64,000 bases of DNA from Octopus vulgaris (lineage: Eukaryota): positions 45,384,001-45,448,000 of the forward strand of contig OX597835.1 of assembly GCA_951406725.2 (NCBI GenBank), written 5' to 3'. Under the pieces are notes generated by a model. The model worked only from the letters and a program-made list of their open reading frames with translations. It was not told where the DNA came from and searched no databases. How positions within the stretch are numbered: position 1 is the stretch's first letter; each line of letters opens with the position of its first letter. The position numbers and the translations under genes are program-made. Below are positions 25,515 through 43,327 of this stretch, one piece after another.

Positions 25515-26460
25515 TATATATATATATTATGCTGACGTATGCAATGCAAAGCAGCACAAAACTTGCTCTCCAATACACAAATTCTGAACAAACGTAATGA
25601 ACTAATAATCAATTGCGATCACCTATTCCTTTGAACGTTCAGGGTTTTCTCCAAACGGAGAAAACAAATGAATTGAGCAATTCGGAACAGGATCCTCTAA
25701 ATCTGTACGCTGCATCAGACCCGCACTATTAATTGACTCACCTTAACTACCAATTACACCTTTTTCTTATTGAATGAGTTTTATTCGCAACATATGTACT
25801 GAAAGATTACATACATGATATAGGGGCGAGCAACACTCCCATAATTCTTCCGATGGTCATACGTACGCTCGGGCATGCACACACTATCACACACATACCT
25901 ACAAACTCACGGGGGGGGGGCGTACAGCCAGCCACTCCCGCAGACATCACTTCAACGCAGCGAAATACTACGTGTAGTACACTCGCACACCCGCAAACAT
26001 AAATAACAAAATCACTTATGCGCACACACATCTACATACACAGACATACACACCCACGCACATGCACATATCCATGCTCACAACCTAAATACGTTCGCGC
26101 ATGCACGCATTTCTCTCCATTTTAGTAAGGCTAATCTTATACACATTTTTAGATTATTCTTATTCTGATTCCGTGCAGAGCTCTCGGATTTCTTTCTCCA
26201 CAATACTTGCGTGGTTTCTCATTTGAAATGCTTTTCTGTTTATATCGATGGGATATTTTTATGACAAAGAAATAAATAATTATCTTATGAGCATCACTAG
26301 CTTACAGCTGTTTCCGCCATAAGACACTAAATTAATTATCATTCATGCTGAAGGTGATACTCAGGCCCTCAACTACAAGTCCACTGCTTATCATTACAGG
26401 AACAGCCGTAAGCTACTGAAATTCATAAGATAATTGTTTATTGCTTTGCCTTAAACATTA

Positions 26461-26502
<42 letters not shown>

Positions 26503-26682
26503 GTCTGTCTTTATATATACATCTATGCATCTTGTTCTGCCTAACATTCTTTGCTTACTACTTCTCTCTCTCTCTCTCTCTCTCTCGCGTGCACGCATAC
26601 GTATCGACAGGTTGGGAAATTAATTTTAGCAGTTATGGTGTTATTTTCTTTTTAGAAATGTATCAACCCATATTTTCAAGAA

Positions 26683-26724
<42 letters not shown>

Positions 26725-26827
26725 CACCACCACCACCACCACCTTCTGAACCACCACTATTACTACTACTAATAATAATAAACAGCAACGGATCATGATA
26801 AAACGATGGCCATAAAAGCACCTTGGT

Positions 26828-26929
<102 letters not shown>

Positions 26930-27082
26930 TGTCGCACAAGAACATGAAACACAAAAAGATGGTACATGAAGAATAAAACATTTTCTGACGACAACAGGCA
27001 TAAGAAAATCGAAGAAGCCAGAATTACTAAATCTTTGATAAATAGGTCTCGATGAAAAAACTCATTAATTATTGTCATTATC

Positions 27083-27160
<78 letters not shown>

Positions 27161-27163
27161 GAG

Positions 27164-27223
<60 letters not shown>

Positions 27224-27244
27224 TAGATATATATGTATATACAC

Positions 27245-27276
<32 letters not shown>

Positions 27277-27278
27277 AT

Positions 27279-27323
<45 letters not shown>

Positions 27324-27469
27324 TATATATAGATAGATAGATATAGATATATATGTATATACATATATATATATATATTTACACATATATAAACACACAA
27401 ATTTATATACGCACATATATATATACACACAGACATATATCCTCGTACACACACACATATGTATATACG

Positions 27470-28230
27470 TGTTGTTCCAAGTCTCAACAAGTGACCTGAA
27501 GTAACAGCAAGTTGGCCGTTTTTCTATGGGTCTTATATCTTATTCACAATGAATAATTCTGTCTCTTGCGGGAAGGAGTCATAATGTGTGCAATATATGA
27601 TATTTCCTTTTTCAAATATTTAGAAGAGAATCAGTTATTTAAAGGAAGACAATGTTTTGCTTAGGATGTTAGGAGAATCCATGGGAAGAACCTTTTGTAA
27701 TTAGTATGCCTTGGGACTTTTTTGGTAATCTGCCATAGTGTTTAAGAGCGGCTTATCAGATTGCTTTCAAATGTCCGATTATCACAGCACACTTTTCGTT
27801 CTTAGATGCTACATTTGGAGACCTGTATTTTAAGATCTTTATATGTACTTAACTTCTCACACGTTTTTGCAGAAGTGTTGCCGTCCTCTGGGATTGCCAA
27901 ATCTTTGCGCAGACAGGTTTTGACAATCTGATTTTTTACCACAATATTTGGTCTCTTGGCCTATATAGCACGATCCCAGAGAACAGTGATATCTTTATTT
28001 TCTACCTCTTTGTCTGGTATATTCTTCAACTAGTTCTCATATTGGAATTCAGAGTTACTGCACGTGAGCCGGTGCAGATACAGGCCAAGTCTATTATGGC
28101 TAGTAATATAGTTATTTGACGCTAGACTAGAGTATCCCGAGATGAAGCAATCAAGTGTTTCCCTTGTCTCATTACAAAAGCATGGGGGCATGATCAGCTC
28201 AGATATTATGAATGCTTGTTTTCTATCAGG
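27470..28230 (-). pseudogene. Restriction-like endonuclease LINE (R4/Dong-like) 3' remnant
   Basis: EVENKDITVLWDRAI*AKRPNIVVKN..CLRKDLAIPEDGNTSAK, a PD-(D/E)xK-type region. More decayed sequence may extend toward 29700. Confidence 0.7.
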
Positions 28231-30250
28231 AAGATTTATGCTTTTTCAGTAATGATCGATGTTACTGTTATACGAATGGATGTAAGAGATATAGTTGGAT
28301 TTTGAGGGCCATTAGCTTCTCATTTTGTAGGAGAAAGTTACTCCATATACAAGCTGGGGCGAGAGTTTCCTGTAGCAATGCATAATGCTCAGTCTCCCAT
28401 GAGATTCCGGAAAATCATTCAGCCAAAAGTTCGGGATATCATTTTTCCCTGTTGATTTCCAATCGCTGTATTTTCTCAGTGCAGTCCTGAGATCCCCAAT
28501 ATAGACGCCATATTTGCTCTTAAATATATCAAGACTCTACAAACGGTTGATGAATCCGGGGAGCATCACGATTGCACATTTTATAGTTCGATCAGTTTGA
28601 TGTTCAAAATTTTTGCCCTTTCACATCTTTTGGTGTGGTCTTAGCATTTATATTATCTTTTGCAATTTTCCTATAAAAACGTTTAGGATTATTCTGGAAT
28701 ATATTTTTAACCTTATAAAGGTTACATCTTTTTTCTAACCTCAATATACCTATTGATTGGCTTGGATAATTTGCACGATCTTTGTGTCAGCTTAACCATC
28801 GATTTTCTTTAAGCTTTTACTGTCATATTTTCTTTTCAGCTTCTTAAGATTTGGAGTCTCAAAATCTTTTCTTTTGCTGTTTATATTCTTTAGAATTTCA
28901 ATATCAAATCTTTAGACGCGATGTTCTTTCTAATTCAAACTTGCCATGGTAGCTTCCTGTTTATATGTTGAGTATGTCTCCTTATCTCAATACCACATAG
29001 TCCAGTGGTTACTGAAGCTGAAGCATATGGTGGAGTATTGGGCAAGGTGAAAGATCTACTTAAATTTCACACAAGATGGATTTTATAACTCTCTTTATCT
29101 GGCCTATTAGTATATCACTTTGCGTAGAGTGGTGAAACTGGCTGAAGATCATTGCAATCCTCCATTTCGGTGTGTTTCAATCTGAGCTATTCGGATAGAA
29201 GCTTACTTCTACATTACCAAGTTCAAGTTCTGTTTCCCCACTTCCATTGTAATAAACCCTCAGTCAAACCAGTGTCTGCTAAAATTTTGTCGATTACCTC
29301 GCTTCGGGTATTTGAATAAGGAGGAGGGATGGTTTGTATCATTATTTGCATACTTATTGCATTCTTATTTCATAACCATTGGCCTGAACATATGATTGAA
29401 CATGTTGTATATCCAGTCGTTTCCTGCAAAACATTAACTAACATATTATTATGTTTGGGCTATTGGTATGGGTCTCTTTCTCTAATTTATATTCAATTTT
29501 CAACCACCTGTTGAAAAGTATAATGCAGTATGATAAACCTCTAGAAAGTCCCTATTTTCCCTCTAGTCCATTTTTTTCTTCTAGCTGGAACAAATGAAGA
29601 CTATTTGTGGGCGGTTTCATGTCAATGTTTTTTGGTAGGGCTCAAAGCAATGGCAGATTTTTCGACATAGAAGACTCAATCTCTTTTCCTTCCGGAGGTC
29701 GTTTCATGCGGTTTCCATTTCTTATTTTAGGTATTTCCATATACTTGGATATCGTGCTTCTCACCAGGTTAATGCTTTTATAAGTTATGCAAGAGAGCAG
29801 TCCCTCTCAGTTGGGGAAAGATGCTATACTTTTCACTTTATACAAACCAGATTACCATAATTTTTAATTTATTCATTTCTTCCTTATATTTTTTATTTAC
29901 ATTTTTTATTTACATTTTTCTTTTATATTTCTTATTAGATGAAAATATTTCATTGAATTGTATGAGTTTCAAGCATTTTATCTGACGTTACATGATTCTG
30001 CAACTGGAAATACTTTCTGTTTGATTTCTAGTTTTGTACCTGCTTACTTATGTAGTTGAAAATGAATGCAACAAATTCTGAGCCAGATATTTATGCGGCG
30101 GGTCAGATATTAAAAGTTGATAGGTACCATTTCTATTCACTGTCTTAGTTAGTAATGCGTAAATAAGAGGAGATAGCAGAAGGAATGGAAAAAGGGATAC
30201 CGACATACATACATAAACATATACATACTCACACACACAGACACATACAT

Positions 30251-30305
<55 letters not shown>

Positions 30306-30379
30306 TAAATATACACACACCCATGTATATATACATATATAAATCAAGAAACAGAATCAAACGCAACTGTTACTCAAAT

Positions 30380-31320
30380 CATTTATACTTTCAACATATG
30401 TTTCGTAAAAGCATTGACATTATTCCGGAGGGAATAAATATGATGTAAAACAATGCGATCATCACGTCAGGGAAAAAAAGGAACAAAACATTAATACGCT
30501 ATTTTAACCGAACGTGATTACCGCGTATGTAAGAATATGATGTTAGTAGAACGCTAGCAAGGAATTGAAAAAAAAAACGTTTAATAGATTTAATGTCAGA
30601 GTTAATTTAGAGAAAACTAAGGGTGATGAAAGAGAACGAAATTAACAGAAAATTAAGAGTGGAAAATTATAATGTGATAGATGTATGGGGATAAAGTATA
30701 GAAGCGTGGAAATAGATATATGAAGTGGAAACGAAATGTAAGAAGACAGTTAAAGGTTGAATTTTATAGATTTGTAAAAATTACTCGTAGGAACTAAAGG
30801 TATGTTTTTGGTAAAGTTTAAAACGATAGTCGCGTTCTTTAAACGTGTTTACAAGAGTATTCTTCGAGAAAAGAATGAAAATAGCCCTTCGTTACAGAGA
30901 GGACAAAAATATTTACCTTTGTCTAAAGGGAAGGATCTAGATAGAATTTTCCATTCCAAACCGTAGTTTATTATGTTTCTAATCTCAGTATTGTTGCATT
31001 TCTTGATATGTCTAAATGTAGAATAATGGGTAGATATTCTTTTCGACGACTGAGACGTAGAGCTACCTATATATAACAAAGATACATTTTTATTCCCTCC
31101 GGAATAATCTAAATGCCATTTCGAAATATTTGCTGGAATATAAATGAGCTGAATATCACCTGCGTTTGATTCCATTTCTTACTTTACCCATGTTATACAA
31201 AATCATTTCAATTAACCTGCAATTTTTACCTTCTAAATAGTCTGTACTACCTTTGGCACTTACGTGAATTGTTTCTCCCTGGTAGCCATTTATTTGTTTT
31301 TTGCTGAGTATTCGTAAGCA
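30380..31320 (-). pseudogene. Penelope-like GIY-YIG remnant with downstream pLTR and decayed hammerhead
   Basis: LLYIGSSTSQSSKRISTHYSTFRHIKK..LEWKILSRSFP..FCPLCNE. Downstream CTGACGT...GAAAC-ATAT-GTT at ~30385-30473. Confidence 0.75.
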
Positions 31321-31457
31321 TTGAAAAATATTCATACATTCACACACACAGACACACACACATACACATACATATAGACATATATACAAATATATATATA
31401 GAGAGAGAGTGACAGAGAGACCAAAGTGTACGCACGCCGCCATATGCATATAAAAAT

Positions 31458-31717
31458 GAATGCAAAAAAATGGGACAAGAACGCAAAACACCCAAACAAT
31501 TAGATGATATAAAAAAAAAGGGACAACAAAATATCCAGACTCTTTGGGGCTGGCCACATCAGAGCAATATCGAGTATAACGAGCCGAAATTGCAAAGATA
31601 ATCTGGAACTCGACTAAAGAAAGAAAACTCTGAATGACTCGTCCTTGCATTTTCTTGTCCATTTTTGTATCATCTAACAGTCTGGACGTTTTGTGTTCTT
31701 GCCCCATTTTTTGTATT

Positions 31718-31718
<1 letters not shown>
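31458..31718 (+). mobile_element. Short fold-back element of the 16654-17605 family
   Basis: ~60-bp imperfect inverted ends (GAATGCAAAAAAATGGGACAAGAAC.. / ..GTTCTTGCCCCATTTTTTGTATTC), ending in (TA)n. Confidence 0.7.
31548..31620 (+). ncRNA. Candidate rewired hammerhead-like RNA, second copy (core G5 changed to A)
   Basis: GGCTGG..GCAAT-A-TCGAGT..CGAGCC-GAAA-TTGC..ACTCGA-CTAAAGA. Confidence 0.55.
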
Positions 31719-31783
<65 letters not shown>

Positions 31784-31803
31784 CATATTTAGACATATAT
31801 CTA

Positions 31804-31914
<111 letters not shown>

Positions 31915-32087
31915 AATATTAGGGAATAAATCCAAATTTACAGGGAAAAAAATCAGATTTAGGATTAAATCCAATTTTATAGTAAAATATTATAAAATAT
32001 TATTAGAGACAAAACCACTATTTTGCAAAACAAACAAGGAAAGACTTAATCAATACATAAAATTTTAATAAATAGTCAAAAAAACCG

Positions 32088-32130
32088 CCACTACAATCGT
32101 TTCTTGTCTTGATCGACAATCTTCAGGTGG
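32088..32130 (-). ncRNA. Minimal type I hammerhead ribozyme motif
   Basis: Reverse complement of 33494-33536. Confidence 0.8.
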
Positions 32131-33493
32131 ACTTCAATCTTAGTGTTGGTCACATTAATTGTATCACCAGAGATTTCTACAATGTCATGAGAACCAAGTT
32201 CCAATTCTCGTTTGGTGAGAGGCCTGACTCTGACAGCAACTTTTATATTAGACATCCTTTTAGCTGTACATCCATTTTGGTAAGACTAGATGTCTTGCTT
32301 CCATTCCAACAGACACACACACACACACAATCCTGTGTCTGTGGGTAACAAATAATGCTACTGTAGAAACTATTGAAGTATGGTTATATATATATATATG
32401 TAATTTTAAAAAATGTATAATATATGATAATTCGTACATAGATGATGTGATATTATATAGAAAACTTTATATATATATATATATAAACTTTTGATATATA
32501 ATATACAGTGGTGTGTTTCTGTATGAAGCAAAACTATGGTGCTGTACCAACTCTCGAAGTAGAATTACAAAGAATACACATATATATGTGTATACACACA
32601 CACACACATTTAGTCAGTATATGTTTTATACAGTTATTTTCTATTAGTCACATTGAGAGAGAAAGGAAGAAAGAGAGAGTGAGAACAATGAGGGCAGCTG
32701 ATGAACCTCCTACAGAACAACCCTCTCAGCACCGCCACTTCGTTGCTTCCTGTTTTAGCAAGAACTTGTTGAGACTTTGCTGTTGTGGAGGAGCCGGGAC
32801 GATGGATGGCGGTGGAGTCTATCGTCCCGGTTCCTCCACAACAGCAAAGTCTCAACAAGTTCTTGCTAAAACAGGAAGCAACGAAGTGGCGGTGCTGAGA
32901 GGGTTGTTCTGTAGGAGGTTCATCAGCTGCCCTCATTGTTCTCACTCTCTCTTTCTTCCTTTCTCTCTCAATGTGACTAATAGAAAATAACTGTATAAAA
33001 CATATACTGACTAAATGTGTGTGTGTGTGTATACACATATATATGTGTATTCTTTGTAATTCTACTTCGAGAGTTGGTACAGCACCATAGTTTTGCTTCA
33101 CACAGAAACACACCACTGTATATTATATATCAAAAGTTTATATATATATATATATATAAAGTTTTCTATATAATATCACATCATCTATGTACGAATTATC
33201 ATATATTATACATTTTTTAAAATTACATATATATATATAACCATACTTCAATAGTTTCTACAGTAGCATTATTTGTTACCCACAGACACAGGATTGTGTG
33301 TGTGTGTGTGTCTGTTGGAATGGAAGCAAGACATCTAGTCTTACCAAAATGGATGTACAGCTAAAAGGATGTCTAATATAAAAGTTGCTGTCAGAGTCAG
33401 GCCTCTCACCAAACGAGAATTGGAACTTGGTTCTCATGACATTGTAGAAATCTCTGGTGATACAATTAATGTGACCAACACTAAGATTGAAGT

Positions 33494-33536
33494 CCACCTG
33501 AAGATTGTCGATCAAGACAAGAAACGATTGTAGTGG
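33494..33536 (+). ncRNA. Minimal type I hammerhead ribozyme motif
   Basis: CCAC-CTGAAGA-TTGTC-gatcaa-GACAA-GAAAC-GATT-GTA|GTGG. Predicted cleavage after 33532. Confidence 0.82.
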
Positions 33537-33775
33537 CGGTTTTTTTGACTATTTATTAAAATTTTATGTATTGATTAAGTCTTTCCTTGTTTGTTTTGTA
33601 AAATAGTGGTTTTGTCTCTAATAATATTTTATATATATATATATATATATACATATATCTATACATATATATATATACATACATATGCATATATATATAT
33701 ATATACATACATATACATACATATATATACATAAATGAAATGCATATACATGCTTAATTACCTACCTACCTACCT

Positions 33776-33808
<33 letters not shown>

Positions 33809-33836
33809 GGAAAAAAGCAACAAGAATGGATTAAAA

Positions 33837-33924
33837 TCTCGGTACGATCGTTTCGTACGAGGACATCTTTAAGAAGCTACAAAAAATGCAGTGAATACAG
33901 ATGGCTCGTACTCGTCAGCCGAAA
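33837..33924 (-). ncRNA. Type I hammerhead ribozyme motif
   Basis: TTTCGG-CTGACGA-GTACGAG...CTCGTAC-GAAAC-GATC-GTA|CCGAGA. Confidence 0.85.
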
Positions 33925-34215
33925 AAATATCAGAGAATTCCCAAACATCAAAAGGGGTAGATATTATGGAGGGGGATGTCTTTAGGGGAAAACTCGAAGT
34001 TTATTTTTTCCATTCTTGCTGAAAATTTAAGGACCGGAAAAACATACAGATAGTATGGGAATATATTCAGTTAAGTAATTGAGATTCTAGTGAATTCTAA
34101 AGAATTCACATGAATATGGTCCTTAACTAGGATGCACCGGATATCTATATGGTGTTAGCCATACGACAAGTGGGGTGATTATAAATAGGAAAAAAGCAAC
34201 AAGAATGGATTAAAA

Positions 34216-34303
34216 TCTCGGTACGATCGTTTCGTGCGAGGACACCTTTAATAAGCTACAAAAAATGCAGTGAATACAGATGGCTCGTACTCGTCAGCCG
34301 AAA
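34216..34303 (-). ncRNA. Type I hammerhead ribozyme motif (one stem II mismatch)
   Basis: Tandem copy 379 bp from 33837-33924. Confidence 0.8.
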
Positions 34304-34690
34304 AAATATCAGAGAATTCCAAAACATCAAAAGGGGTAGATATTATGGAGGGGGATGTCTTTAGGGGAAAACTCGAAGTTTATTTTTTCCATTCTTGCTG
34401 AAAAGTTAAGGACCGGAAAAACATACAGATAGTATGGGAATATATTCAGTTAAGTAAGTTTATTTTTTCCATATCCGGTGCATCCTAGTTAAGGACCATA
34501 TTCATGTGAATTCTTTAGAATTCACTAGAATCTCAATTACTTAACTGAATATATTCCCATACTATCTGTATGTTTTTCCGGTCCTTAACTTTTCAGCAAG
34601 AATGGAAAAAATAAACTTCGAGTTTTCCCCTAAAGACATCCCCCTCCATAATATCTACCCCTTTTGATGTTTGGGAATTCTCTGATATTT

Positions 34691-34777
34691 TTTCAGCTGA
34701 CGAGTACGAGCCATCTGTATTCACTGCATTTTTGTAGCTTATTAAAGATGTCCTCGTACGAAACGATCGTACCGAGA
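34691..34777 (+). ncRNA. Type I hammerhead ribozyme motif (one stem I mismatch)
   Basis: CTGACGA at 34697-34703, GAAAC at 34760-34764, GTA at 34769-34771. Confidence 0.8.
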
Positions 34778-34922
34778 TTTTAATCCATTCTTGTTGCTTT
34801 TTTCCTATTTATAATCACCCCACTTGTCGTATGGCTAACACCATATAGATATCCGGTGCATCCTAGTTAAGGACCATATTCATGTGAATTCTTTAGAATT
34901 CACTAGAATCTCAATTACTTAA

Positions 34923-34964
<42 letters not shown>

Positions 34965-35769
34965 CATTAATCTATGAATAGATTCAGTAACAGTTAACTG
35001 GGAAAGAGACAAAACAGTGTTGTTTCCTCTTTGATGGAGGTAGTACAGGTGGTGGTGTTGCCTAGGACAAGATATGTTGCTATGGGTTTAATTCCAGATG
35101 TTGACAAGAACTGACTATTGCGTTCTGTTTCAAGAACAGATAGAAAAATAAACACCATCACATTTTAGAATATTAAATGAAGTTTTGAAGTGGTAAGAAT
35201 TTACTTGGCGATGGAGCTTTGCAATATCTGCTTAGCGGTGTCAAAGATATTCAGGTGTACTTTCAGTTTTGTGAGTTATGTAAATTCTGATTATTTCACC
35301 TGTTCATCATGTGCATTTGTTAAAGTATTTGCTATTCTCTACAATGTTCGTAGTTGTGTAGTTTGTAAAATATGCCATCTGCTTATCTTCTGCATTAGTT
35401 ATCAGGCCCGGAGAGTGTTCTGAGTGTTAAGTGTTGGGAATAATTCACATATTTCTTGCGCGTACAGACATCTACTAGAACCTATATACAGAGGGTAAGT
35501 CATTGGAGTTTACTCAAGAGGATGACTACATTAGATAGACAAGGGCGTTCAAGAGAGTTTCTGAGAAGAAAGTGGGTAGGTGGCTCTGTGCAAATTCGAT
35601 TAATCAGAAGGCAACTAAATACTCACAACAGAATCGTAGATTTTCAAGTTCTTAAAATTATTTTGAAACATGTCAGTTGTTTGTAATTTTATGCCGATTT
35701 CTTCAACTTCTGACTGGTTAAAGATGACAACAACTCATTCATCAGCTATCAAGCCTGGAGAGGGACTCA

Positions 35770-36440
<671 letters not shown>

Positions 36441-36563
36441 TGCATCTGTGGTTATATAGTTGTATTGTTGCTGTTCGAGGTATAAATTTTGCTATAAAAT
36501 TTTAGCGTCAATAAGCATGTTTATATGTGCACGTGTGTTTATATGTATACACACTTACTCACA

Positions 36564-36599
<36 letters not shown>

Positions 36600-37113
36600 T
36601 ATAGAGACAGAAATAGATAAATAGGCAGACAAACAGACAGACAGTAGATAGATACATACATACGCACAAATGTATATGAATGATTATAAAGGCAAATATG
36701 CATTTAAAATTATGTGTGCGTTTTGATGCATATGCGGACATGCATATATGTGTGCATATATTTTCGTTTGCTTGTTTGTGTGTAGAGCTGCGTAGATACA
36801 TTCATGTGTGCATGATGTGTGCTTCTCCTTAACACTTCGTTTCTGACAAAACACTACACTGTTCTCACGAATACGGGTATCGATTATATTGCCATTAGAA
36901 TTTATTAAGACATATGACTGTCTGTGCATGTGATAGGTGACTGTTGTCAATATGACTAATGGGGCGACTACAATAATGATGGCGACTTTGATAAAGAAGA
37001 GGACGGACACTGAAACACGACGGCGACGACGATTGCAGCCATAAATTTGATGCCAGCTGTACCCCTGCTTCCTCCCTTGCCACTGTTACCGCTCCCATGG
37101 TGGTGATGATGAC

Positions 37114-37163
<50 letters not shown>

Positions 37164-38664
37164 CGCTGATGATCATAATGATGATGATGACGATGTTGAT
37201 GATATTAGGCGTAAAACAATGGATGCGGGGGAGAAGGAGACATATTCAGATTTAATTGATAATAGTGACGACAATGTTGATTAGAATAATGGCGTTGAAT
37301 GAATCTTTTTGTTTTGTTTTCATTGTTGCTTCATTTTCCTCCTCTTGAAATTCAAATCTACCGTTTCGCAATTATTTTTAAAATAGCATACATCCGGTGT
37401 TTTTGTGGCAATAATGATTAAAAAATAAAATCATTCTGTCAGTTACTGTCTTAAATATTCATAGTGTCAGAATTGAGTCGCATTTCGTTTCTTAAAACAA
37501 GAATTAGATGAACACATAGAGATTTTGTGGCTCCGGTCTTAGAGCAGCTGTTCTAGTTGCTAACCCACGTGCAAGATGCTTTTACAAGACACCACTCGTG
37601 TAGATGGCCACTGGCTAGAAAAAGCTCCTCCGTCCCTGGACAGTTCTTGCATCTGTCAACACCCCAATTGAATGGATATCTAGGTGCAGAACCCTTTTGG
37701 TTTACCGGGAAGGTGTCACGCCTTTCAAGTAATTTTAATCTTGAGTTGGTGTCGATATCCACGGGTGATGTGGAGTAACCTTAAGAATTGAAAGATGCAC
37801 ACATCTTAGATAACCTACTGCTACTGATGCGGCTGCTGCTGAGAATACTGATGATTATGACGATGCTGATGTTTATTTGCCACATGGACTTCATATGAAG
37901 CGAAGACTAAAAAACAGGTTTATAATTTTTCTGACAGCTGCCATAAATTCGAATCAGAGAAAATGTGCGCGATGAAATAGATGAATATTGTAAATGCTAT
38001 AAGACGTTAGTACAAAACTATATGAACACGTGGATAATACAGATTCTAATCAAAGAGTGAGCGTTGAATTAAAGCTAATCTCGAAACCGTAGATATTCAA
38101 GTTCACCATTACCAATAACGACACTATTCCTTACACTTCAATCATATCGATAGGCGAATGCCAATATTAGTTCCAGTGACTACAGTAACTTTCATTCCAT
38201 TCCATCCACCTTACCACAAATTTGCTGAAGGCGAGCTCTTCCTTTCCTCCAATCACTTGCCGTTGGACACCGGACTAGGAAAAGGACCGATGAAATTTTC
38301 CCTCAACCTTATTAGCTTGGCAGCTACACGAAATCAAAACCTTCGCCATGAAGCACATTATAGGTATATGTCTAATACTATTAAAGTATGCAGGTGTGAG
38401 TGTGTGGGGTCTTCACGATGGAGGGGTCCAACTGCGGGTTTCTTCCTATAAACGACAGCAAAAGTTTGATGTTACGGCACAAATGAGCAATGTTCGTACT
38501 CTGCACGTATGCATGAAACATGGTTTCGTCGGTCTACGTTACATATCCACCCACCAGAACTTCGTAAGTTTGCAGTACATTTTGAATCGGCTGTGCCTCT
38601 AGATATCACAGCAGTTCTGCAGATGTCTGCAAGCTAACCGTTCTAGGCCCCGACCAAAATGCAA

Positions 38665-42880
<4,216 letters not shown>

Positions 42881-43327
42881 AAAACGTTGGGAAACTCGAA
42901 TATTGTAGTTGTAGACACAGCGGGAAATAAAAAGACAGGTGTGCATCAGTATAACAAGGATGACGAAATATTACCTGCATTGTCTTCAACAATCACCACG
43001 GAGTTGGAGCACTTCTTGATAGTCTTCGGAAAGAGAAATAGCTAAAGGTAAACAAAAGATGAAGTCAAAATAAATAAACATCCAGAGAAAATGTAGCAAA
43101 AGGATGTTCCACTCATAGAAATAAGATGCGAATAACAAAAAAATAAATGTGTAAAAGTGTAATAGGTGGGGACAAAAAGATAGAACTCTTTGAGAAATAC
43201 ACAGACACACCTATGTATATCTATCTATCTGTCTCTCTCACACTCTCAATCTCTGTCTCTCTCCATATATATATATATATAATGGCATTACTGTGGTAAC
43301 ATCTGAAATGTTGTCGTGGTATATGTT

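Larger units (their letters stand above)
31992..33632. mobile_element. 1.64-kb near-perfect palindrome with ~9-nt loop at ~32812; hammerhead-bearing fold-back element
   Basis: Mirror ORFs 32109-32348/33276-33515 and 32508-32990/32634-33116, with paired coordinates summing to 65624. Confidence 0.85.
33807..34925. mobile_element. 379-bp unit in tandem (~1.7 copies) followed by an inverted ~1.2 copies; retrozyme/pLTR-like
   Basis: TAGGAAAAAAGCAAC at 33807 and 34186, with inversion from ~34471. Flanked by (TA)n, one hammerhead per unit. Confidence 0.85.

Noticed and set aside
32695-32800. CTGATGA inside the palindrome as an extra hammerhead
   Set aside because: I found no stem II partner followed by GAAA.
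32508-33116. Paired 160-aa ORFs on opposite strands
   Set aside because: They are mirror products of the palindrome with no recognisable protein motif.
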